From a virus: a stretch of 64,000 bases of DNA. Below are positions 57,701-64,000 of this stretch, one piece after another. How positions within the stretch are numbered: position 1 is the first letter of the stretch; each line of letters starts with the position of its first letter. A program made the translations under genes and the position numbers. The stretch is taken from IMG/VR virus record IMGVR_UViG_3300046798_000124, positions 10,168 to 74,167 of that record. One strand, 5' to 3'. A model generated the notes under the pieces. The model was not told where the DNA came from and ran no database searches. It saw nothing but the letters and a program-made list of their open reading frames with translations.

Positions 57701-59795
57701 CGGCGTTCGCCTCGTCCTCGATGGCACGGGTCAGACTGTCGTGCTTCTTCTCGGCCGCATCCGCCTCAGCCTGGATCTGACGGAGGACGCCGGTGTGGGC
57801 CTTCTCGGCGGCCTGCCCTTCCTGCTCGATACCCCTGACGGCGGCGTCGTGGCGCTTCTCCTCGGCCTTGGCGTGCTCCTCGACGGAGCGGAGCTTCTTG
57901 CGGTGGGTCTCGTCGGCCTTCTTGGCCTCAGCCTCGACCCCACGGACGTCGGCCTCGGCCGCATCACGGACCGCCTTGACCTCAGTCTCGATCCCCTCGA
58001 TGACGGCCTCGTGGCGGTCGGCCAGGTCCCGCTTCTGTCGCTCGGTCTGATCCTCCAGCGCCCGATCTTCCTGGACGCGGGCCGCATCACGGACCCGGTC
58101 CTCGGCCTCGAGCTGGTCTTTGATCGCGCGCAACCGGTCTTGCGACCCCCGGACCGCCGCCTCCTCGACCTCCTTGATCCGTCGCTGCTGGGCCTGCGAC
58201 GCGTCGGTTGCGGCGTCCTTCTCAGCCTCCAGTTGCTTGAGGGTGGCGCGGTGGGTTTCATCGACCGCCCGCAGCTCCTCCTCCTTGAGCTTCTGGAGGT
58301 GGGCCAACCGGACTTCGTACAGGTCCTCAGCGGCCTGCTTCTGGGCGGCGATAGCCGCGAGCGCCGCGTCCTTGGTCGCCTGTGCCGCCTCGACCTGGGC
58401 ATCCTTATCGGCCTGGAGCGCGGCCTTCTTGTCGTCGTAGGCGCGGTTCTCCTGCTCGATCTGCTTGTCGATGGCCATCTTCTGGAGCTTCTCGAGTTGC
58501 TCCAGGTGCTTCTGGGTGCGCTCCTTGTTGTCCGCCTTGGCCTGCTCGTCGATCTTCTTGCCGTTGGCGATGGCCTCCTCGAGGGTCGGACCGATGATCC
58601 GTTCGCCAGCGTGCTTGTTCTGTTCGATGATCTCGTGGATGTTCTGGTTGACGAGCCCCAGGACGCCGACCACGGCCGCCAGTTGCGGCCCAAGCAAGAC
58701 GCGCAGCCACTCCGGCAGGCCCTTCTGTTCGGCGGCCTGCTGACCCGTCTGGAAGAGCGCACTGACCGTTTTGGTGTAGTCAATGATGTACGGCAGGCTG
58801 ACCGCGAGCAGGCGGGCGAACTCGACCAGAGCCGGATTCAACTCCTTGCCGAGTGCGGCCTGGAGGTTCTCAACGGCGGCGACCATCTTGTCGATGGCAC
58901 CGGCGGCCTCTTCGGCCCGCTTGGCCGCGATCCCTTCGTACTCGTTGCTCTGCTTCTGGAACTCGTTCAGGACGATCTGGGTCTTCTGACGGACCCCCAT
59001 CGTCTGCCAGCGCTTGTACTCCTCGGAGTTGACGTCCTGGAGCGCCTTCAGGTAGTTCGACTGCAAGCTGAAGCCAAGGAACTCAATCGCCTCGGCCTCG
59101 CCACGGATAGCCGGCCCGACCCGCTTGGCCGCCTCCTCCAGGCTGACCCCCTTGGCGGCAGCCGCATCGGCCGACCGCTTCTGGAGATCGATCAGTTGCT
59201 CGGTCGACAGACCGTAGTTCTTCTCGAGGGTCGCGAACTCGTTCAGCGCCGCCGTCGCATCCGAGAGCGAGCGACCGGACAACTCGGCCAGGGCTGCGGC
59301 CTGCTGCTGGTACATCGGGGCCAGCTCTTTGAACTGGGCCTGGAGACGGAACTGCTCCTGGTTCAACTTCTGGGCCGCGTCGACGACACCCAGGATCGAC
59401 TCGCGGACCAGCAAGGCCCCCGACGCGATGGCGCCGAACCCGGTCAGGGTCGCCAGGGTCGCCCCGATGCTCTTGAACGACGCCGCCATGTCGGCGCCGG
59501 ACTTCGCGGCGCCATTCATGTCGTAGCCGAGTTGCTTCAGCAGGATGGAATAGTTCTTCACGCTCTTGCTGAGTACGGCGACATTGGCCTCGTGTGATCT
59601 GGCCATCGCTTCCAGCGACGCCTTCTGGGCGGCGTTGGACGCGATGGCCGAGTCGGCCCAGGCCTTCTGGGCCTTCGCCATCTCGCTGGTCGCCGCCTGG
59701 GTCGCGATCTTGGCGTGATTGAGGGTCGTGATCAGCTGCTGGTTGTCACCGTAGAGCGTGAAAAACGCGCCGCCGAGGTTCAGTCCTCCTGGCAT
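54777..59795 (-). CDS. tape measure protein with M23 peptidase and lysozyme-like C-terminal domains
   Basis: 1672 aa; long helical repeats; HQGIDL...YGH...PHLHY (M23); IRNAAKKRDID...VVDSEGG...WPFQ (lysozyme-like). Confidence 0.9.
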   Translation of the reverse strand: MPGGLNLGGAFFTLYGDNQQLITTLNHAKIATQAATSEMAKAQKAWADSAIASNAAQKASLEAMARSHEANVAVLSKSVKNYSILLKQLGYDMNGAAKSGADMAASFKSIGATLATLTGFGAIASGALLVRESILGVVDAAQKLNQEQFRLQAQFKELAPMYQQQAAALAELSGRSLSDATAALNEFATLEKNYGLSTEQLIDLQKRSADAAAAKGVSLEEAAKRVGPAIRGEAEAIEFLGFSLQSNYLKALQDVNSEEYKRWQTMGVRQKTQIVLNEFQKQSNEYEGIAAKRAEEAAGAIDKMVAAVENLQAALGKELNPALVEFARLLAVSLPYIIDYTKTVSALFQTGQQAAEQKGLPEWLRVLLGPQLAAVVGVLGLVNQNIHEIIEQNKHAGERIIGPTLEEAIANGKKIDEQAKADNKERTQKHLEQLEKLQKMAIDKQIEQENRAYDDKKAALQADKDAQVEAAQATKDAALAAIAAQKQAAEDLYEVRLAHLQKLKEEELRAVDETHRATLKQLEAEKDAATDASQAQQRRIKEVEEAAVRGSQDRLRAIKDQLEAEDRVRDAARVQEDRALEDQTERQKRDLADRHEAVIEGIETEVKAVRDAAEADVRGVEAEAKKADETHRKKLRSVEEHAKAEEKRHDAAVRGIEQEGQAAEKAHTGVLRQIQAEADAAEKKHDSLTRAIEDEANAAQKRHDTVTRGLDDEAKRAEDAHDVITRGLEDQADAAERAHRTTVDGLDDELDLAKEIHDAAIDALKERKDAEDDRHQTVLDNLEEELRAQLAFVDASVDALDAAQETDKRASKMADLQSALAKAQSGGNAAEVAAAERAIADETADAVHDAAVAQLKAKKDALVEGGKLAKNQADREHQQILDAIDDQKKLADETLDAVEKSVKGRKDAADDALRVIKDEVDAKKRAADDELEQIKDGIDARKRAADDEYTLVKDVLDARKIAADDELKLVKDLLDARKIAADDDLTKIKDGLAARKDALEQEKVKRQEVADDAKTKLEDAERREKDALAKKKIRIEDERDAALAALAVKKKQEDDDNQELQRRDEDALKEVQRRIRDHRTAEDLAAQDKRKEAEETARIEQLAAHDTSDAQIQASKDALEQYTTEWGLRKDAADTLARNETQRIHDVYDDPETGLIPKLKQAYETTKEQYDLRTIEVNKQYDNEKKAIESTFNDPVHGLFKQLEDVHKNTIEGLKDTKKDWEDNFQKPIMEVADKTFADIAENFKRLLKDQKIDVKSGDGGGDDDGDHGGGRGSDKPQGRGPSAGGIPSPWRVTFPYDAPYNGPFSGGAMWSGGPSRHQGIDLALPGPNNGMGQTFGAFQPGTVYWKGFESAGGNGLIIRTDDGLYNYYGHAQRYLVDQGEHVDAGQDIGVLGESGTEGSPHLHYAVRTSVNGGHIDPVPYLTGEGPQLAGDRDLGHGMSIQDGYLVFSLFGRQYRIPLPGGKNAGDPHANADRIETYIRNAAKKRDIDEDVALEVVDSEGGLEPMRIGKFDSGWSFWPFQQHYGGKGYERYGYQAGQGTQFTKDTGWQPEDARAWPASIDWALDYALEHGWGEWYGPLKRGIGVHQGLPGFARGGLIPEPTLLVGKTLGAYAMAGEAAPEWVTPMGGGGQGGHTTVEMPVYIGNREVERFWIDGYNLNVQRGRKFLGTVPR

Positions 59796-59796
59796 G

Positions 59797-60117
59797 TCAG
59801 ACCACCATCCTTGGCGTCACGCGGAGGACACCCTCACTGGCGGCAGCGACCGCACCCAGGCCGGCCAGGCGGTACTGCCACGGTCCTGACTGGTCGATCA
59901 GGACGGCGTAGTAGAAGCGGCCCGGCGACTCGTTGGTCAGCGACCCATCCGGACCCGCACCGGGCCAGCCGTACGTCAGCTTGGTGCCGTCAGGCTTCGT
60001 GATCTCCAGGGTCACGGTCGTCGGGTTCGTGGGGGTCGCGGTGATGTCGGTGAACGCCACCGACGCCTCGTCTAATGACGGGTTGCCGAACCGGATCAGA
60101 TCGCCGATATCTGTCAT
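59797..60117 (-). CDS. small Ig/BppU-like virion protein
   Basis: NPTTVTLEITKPDGT...GRFYY...SGPWQYR. Confidence 0.55.
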   Translation of the reverse strand: MTDIGDLIRFGNPSLDEASVAFTDITATPTNPTTVTLEITKPDGTKLTYGWPGAGPDGSLTNESPGRFYYAVLIDQSGPWQYRLAGLGAVAAASEGVLRVTPRMVV

Positions 60118-62705
60118 CGTGGTGCCGCTCCTACCAGGACCTGTCCGTCGGTGGCCGTGCCGGCCTCAACCTGATCGACCTCTGCCGCGCCGGCCAGCAG
60201 CGCACCCTCCGATGCGGCGCCCGCCCCGACGCCGACAACCCTCGCCGTGCCGGCCACCACCCCACCGACGGCCGCGTGGCCGGCCGTCACCCAGCCTGGC
60301 ACCTGGGAGAGCCCAATCAGGACGACGCCGGCGCCGTAGGTCGACAGGCGGGTGGTGGTCACACGGGTCGATGTGCTGACATCGGCGGCGTGGGCCAGGG
60401 ACCGGGCCACGGCCAGCCCGGTCCGCGCCGACGATGCCGCCAGCGCCATCCGCCCAGAGGCCGTGACGACGGCGGTCCCCGTGGTCCCCCGCCCACCGAG
60501 CGCCGCGAGTCGGGTGCCGGCTGAGAGCGTGACGCTGGTCTCGGTCGCCAGGTGGAACGTCCCGACCTGTCCCTGCCCCCGTGCCCGGAGGGCGACCTGG
60601 GTCGCGCTGCTCCGGCTGACCACGGCCGCACCACGCGCGGCCATGCGCACCGTGACCGTGGTGCTACTGGCCTTGACCGCGACGCTGGCCAGTCGAGACC
60701 GCCCGTCCACCGTCGCCTGGGCCTGCGCCACCGTCGCCTGCGTACCGACGACGGTACCGCGCCCGGTGGCGCGCCCGCTGACATCGGACACGCCCTGCTT
60801 CGCGACGACGGCAGCCAGCTCACCCAGGCCACGCAGCAGGGCCGTACTCTGGGCGAGCTTGACGACGGTGGCCGACAGCAGGCCCCGGCCTCGCAGGCCG
60901 GCCTGGGTCTGCCCATCCTTGATGACGGCGGCGGCCAGCGCCGCCCGGGCACGGAGACCGGCCAGGGCACTGACGGCGTGTGTGCCGAGGCCCGCGAGAC
61001 GACCAGCAGCGTGCAGCTCCGCGCTGGTCGCCGATGCGCGGGTCGCCGTCGACAGCAGGCGCGACCCGCCACGGAGCGTCACCGTGGTGGTCGAGGCGCC
61101 CAGGCGTGTGGCGGTCAGACGGCCGACGCCGCGCAGGACGGCCCCTGCCTGGACGATGGTCTTTCCCGCCACCACGGCCACACGAGACGGCCCGCGCAGA
61201 CTGACGGCGGTCGTGCCGGCGTGGGCCTGCGCGATCTGGGCGCTCGCGGTCGCCCGCACCACCGTGGCGGTCGTAGTCGCCCGGACCCCGTCGACCCGAC
61301 CGGAGCCTGCGGCCCGCAGAACCAGCGTCGTCTCCGACGCCCTGGTGCCAGCGAGGGCGGAACTGGCGCGACTGCTGATGACTGCGGCCGTGGCCGCTGC
61401 GTGGGTCGCCACCGTGCGCCCGGCAGTCGTCGCGCGCGCGACGACGGTGTCGGCGGTCTGGGGGTTGGCCGCTGCGACCGCGACGACGGTCGTCTGGGCG
61501 CGTGCCCGCAGCAGCGCGGCAGCCGTACGGGCTACCGTACCCAGACCCGCCAGGCGACCGGCCCCGGTCCAACGCACGCCGGTCAGTGACGTGCGGGCGA
61601 CCACCGACGCCTGCTGCCCACGGGCCGCGATCGTGACGGACGCTGTCGCTGTCTTGCTGGCCTGGACCGTGCTGCGCCCGGTCGCCCGCAGGGTGACGCT
61701 GGTCGTACTGGCCTTCGCACCGTCCACCGCGACCCGGGCCGTCGCCCGCTGGACGGTCGCGGTCGCGGCGGTCCGCGTGGCGAGAGTGGCGAGACGGGCT
61801 GCGGCCCGCACGACGGCGGCCGTCGCTCCGGTCCGGGTCGCGACCGCTGCCAGACCGCCCCGGCCACGCAGCGTCACACTGGTGATCGCCCCACCGGGCA
61901 CCGGGACCATCAGCTGCGCCCAGATGACGACGGCGCGCCGACGGACCTCGGTCTCGACCTTGACGGCGGTCAGGGCGGATCGGGCACGCCCGCGCACCAC
62001 CGGAGCCGACGCCGCACCCTTGCCAGAGACGGTCGCGACCCGCGACGACGCCCCCCGTAGGGTGACGCTGGTGGTGGTGGCTGGTCCGGCCTGGAACGTC
62101 AGGGTGTTGGCAAATTCCAGCCAGGGGTTCTCGGTAGCGCTGGTCGACGTATCGTTGACCGGTGCATCGGTGGCACCGGACTCGCCCAGGATGAACTGAC
62201 CGTTGTGACCCTGGATCCCACCGGTGTTCACCGGGGTTCCACCGAAACCCAACTCCAAGACGAGACGGTCGCCATCCGCGACCGTGACGCTGGTCGTCGT
62301 CGCGCTATCGGTCCGGTTTTGATAGGTGGTCGAGACTTCCAGACCGTCACGGCGAATCGCCAGCAGAGTCCCGCCGACTGACCCGGTCTCCTGCCAGGTG
62401 AACAGCTTCCAGGTCACAAACAGGTTATTGCCGGCGTTGACTTCGAGTGCCTGGAGCGTCAGGGTGACGGTCTGGGCACTGATCGTCTGGGCCGCAAGCG
62501 GCGGCGAAATCAGCTGGACGACCATCGCGTCGGCATTGACCAGGTGATCGACGGCATCGGGGGTGTAGGTGGCGATGGCCAGGGCCGTGCTGCCCTTGGC
62601 CACCGACATCGGCAGTCGCGCAACCTGCTGATGCTCCCACTCAGCCGAGACCGTGGGGGCGACCGGCGGCGTCCCGGTGGAGGCGAGGTAAAAACGCGAC
62701 GCCAC
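60114..62705 (-). CDS. virion protein with N-terminal beta domain and long Ala/Thr/Arg-rich repeats
   Basis: 863 aa; repeated TTSVTLRGxGRL-type units. Confidence 0.65.
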   Translation of the reverse strand: MASRFYLASTGTPPVAPTVSAEWEHQQVARLPMSVAKGSTALAIATYTPDAVDHLVNADAMVVQLISPPLAAQTISAQTVTLTLQALEVNAGNNLFVTWKLFTWQETGSVGGTLLAIRRDGLEVSTTYQNRTDSATTTSVTVADGDRLVLELGFGGTPVNTGGIQGHNGQFILGESGATDAPVNDTSTSATENPWLEFANTLTFQAGPATTTSVTLRGASSRVATVSGKGAASAPVVRGRARSALTAVKVETEVRRRAVVIWAQLMVPVPGGAITSVTLRGRGGLAAVATRTGATAAVVRAAARLATLATRTAATATVQRATARVAVDGAKASTTSVTLRATGRSTVQASKTATASVTIAARGQQASVVARTSLTGVRWTGAGRLAGLGTVARTAAALLRARAQTTVVAVAAANPQTADTVVARATTAGRTVATHAAATAAVISSRASSALAGTRASETTLVLRAAGSGRVDGVRATTTATVVRATASAQIAQAHAGTTAVSLRGPSRVAVVAGKTIVQAGAVLRGVGRLTATRLGASTTTVTLRGGSRLLSTATRASATSAELHAAGRLAGLGTHAVSALAGLRARAALAAAVIKDGQTQAGLRGRGLLSATVVKLAQSTALLRGLGELAAVVAKQGVSDVSGRATGRGTVVGTQATVAQAQATVDGRSRLASVAVKASSTTVTVRMAARGAAVVSRSSATQVALRARGQGQVGTFHLATETSVTLSAGTRLAALGGRGTTGTAVVTASGRMALAASSARTGLAVARSLAHAADVSTSTRVTTTRLSTYGAGVVLIGLSQVPGWVTAGHAAVGGVVAGTARVVGVGAGAASEGALLAGAAEVDQVEAGTATDGQVLVGAAPR

Positions 62706-62707
62706 GT

Positions 62708-63472
62708 CTAGACCTTCACCGCGCTGAATTCGAGGATCAGCCCCTGCTCGTAATCCGCTGGCGTCAGCAGGGCGGCCTGGGTCGGCAGGATCGATACCTC
62801 GACGGTGACCACGTCCTGGATATTCGGTTCAGCCCCCACGGCAATCGCCGTCGTGCCATCGTGGGCGTACAGCGTCACCGTCAGATCGATGCGGTCCCCG
62901 GCCAGGTCGTCCTTCTTGAACATGACCCGTAGGGTGTGATTGCCGGTGGTGCCGGGATCGTCCAGGGGCGCAAGCAGGACCCGACACTGATCGACGACCA
63001 GCGGCGAGAGACTGGACTGGATGTAATCGGCGCCATCGGGGATCTGCTCGTCGATACTGGCGTACAGATCGACGGCGGATCCCAGCTGGGTGGTCCAACT
63101 CCCGTCGGCCAGATCCGCGACGGGCGCCGAGACCTGGAATTGCAGCGCCGTGGCCGTGCTGGCCCCGGTCCCACGGACCCGCAGTGCGACCACGGCTGCC
63201 GCCTGGTGGATGGCGTCCGGGGCCAGCCGCCCACTGGCCCGCACCAGGACCACAGCGACGGCCCCACGAACCGCTGGGGCGGCCCCACGGCCGGTAGCCC
63301 GGAGGACGACCGCGGTCTGTGACCCGGCGGCGGCCACGGCATCCAGGCGTGACCCACCCCGCAGGGCGACCGTGGTGGCGCTGGCCTTCGCACCGCTCGC
63401 CTGGACCCGCCCGGTTGCCCGGGCGGTGACGACGGTGGCGGCGAGCTGGAGGCGCCAGAACAGCAGCAGCAT
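62708..63472 (-). CDS. virion protein with Ala/Thr/Arg repeats and C-terminal beta domain
   Basis: Same repeat type as the neighbour. Confidence 0.6.
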   Translation of the reverse strand: MLLLFWRLQLAATVVTARATGRVQASGAKASATTVALRGGSRLDAVAAAGSQTAVVLRATGRGAAPAVRGAVAVVLVRASGRLAPDAIHQAAAVVALRVRGTGASTATALQFQVSAPVADLADGSWTTQLGSAVDLYASIDEQIPDGADYIQSSLSPLVVDQCRVLLAPLDDPGTTGNHTLRVMFKKDDLAGDRIDLTVTLYAHDGTTAIAVGAEPNIQDVVTVEVSILPTQAALLTPADYEQGLILEFSAVKV

Positions 63473-63476
63473 GGGG

Positions 63477-64000
63477 CTACCGCTTCAGCTCCATGACGGT
63501 CAGGCTGCCGCCGAAGCCGTTCAGCTGCGAGGCGCTGACCCTGAAGCGCGCCCGGACGGTATGCACACCGGCGGCGAGACCCGTAAAGCGGTGGGCCGTC
63601 GACTGGGTAAACTGGGCGGCGCCCGTCGCTGGTACGGTCACGACTTCGGCGACTTCGGCCCCGTTATCGACGTTCAGCGCCAGGTAGGCAGCGTTCCCGT
63701 TCGCGGTCATGTTGCCGCAGTAGGTGGCCCAGGCCAGGATGTCGCCGCCGACCGTTGTCAGGGGCAGGCCCGTGGCGTTGATGTCAGCGTAGGTGGTCAG
63801 ATTGGTCGTCGCGTTCAACACCTGCCACGCCGCCTGGGTCACGGCGTTGGGTTGGATGTCGGCGGTCGCGACCGCCCGACGGGTACCGGTCGCGGTGTCG
63901 GAGACCGTGCCGCCGGTGTTGCCCGCCAGGTTGTTCAGGCCGATGTAGGCGTTGGTGCCAGCCGAGACGTTGATGCCGTACGAGCCATTGCCGGTTGAGA
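63477..64000 (-). CDS. fibre-like protein, 3' part (runs off window end)
   Basis: Frame is open to the window edge; IQPNAVTQ...LTVMELKR resembles the 52310..53056 C-terminus. Confidence 0.6.
   Translation of the reverse strand, partial: STGNGSYGINVSAGTNAYIGLNNLAGNTGGTVSDTATGTRRAVATADIQPNAVTQAAWQVLNATTNLTTYADINATGLPLTTVGGDILAWATYCGNMTANGNAAYLALNVDNGAEVAEVVTVPATGAAQFTQSTAHRFTGLAAGVHTVRARFRVSASQLNGFGGSLTVMELKR

Noticed and set aside
57165-59597. Long antisense ORFs (810 aa here; also 4884..6857, 60352..62199, 40641..42041, 35611..36864)
   Set aside because: Shadow frames opposite GC3-biased real genes, with no motifs or RBS.
50539-64000. Diversity-generating retroelement acting on fibre genes
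   Set aside because: No reverse transcriptase and no near-identical TR/VR pair differing at adenines was seen.
1-64000. tRNA, rRNA and integrase/att sites
   Set aside because: None recognised by eye; tRNAscan and HMM searches would be needed to exclude them formally.

Overview
This window is most of a high-GC (roughly 65-70% by eye) tailed dsDNA phage genome, probably circularly permuted. The host cannot be assigned from the sequence. Left arm (1-15.5 kb, - strand): 5' end of the major capsid gene, head decoration protein, S49 protease/scaffold, DUF935-type portal, GpA-type terminase large subunit, HGGxSTG-type small subunit candidate, a dual-frame C5 methyltransferase, an RNA polymerase alpha-CTD-like protein and a ParB-N protein. 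A non-coding divergence point at 15.5-16.3 kb is a candidate genome end. It is followed by a compositionally distinct, palindrome-rich block (16-19 kb, with a GP88-like gene) and an early region of about 35 small ORFs (19-32 kb) with several families of repeated cis-elements. Next come a CI/Cro-like switch with no integrase in the window, a TcmP-like/HNH/DUF5131 cluster, Rad52-like SSAP, replication initiator plus DnaC-like loader, an N4/N6 MTase, a RusA-like resolvase and dCTP deaminase. A 386-bp non-autonomous IS200/IS605-type element sits at 45.9-46.3 kb. Right arm (- strand): lysis genes, tail fibres, tail tip, tape measure (M23 and lysozyme-like domains) and repeat-rich virion proteins. 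Strongest leads: (1) a candidate -1 frameshift fusing the TcmP-like protein to a start-less HNH domain; (2) a mini-gene cassette array with conserved junctions at 26.5-28.6 kb; (3) a ~140-bp bipartite element repeated five times; (4) an ORF-less IS605-type element that looks like a stand-alone omega-RNA; (5) the dual-frame MTase; (6) a 46-bp-periodic array at the putative genome end. All protein family calls come from motif recognition by eye, not database searches.
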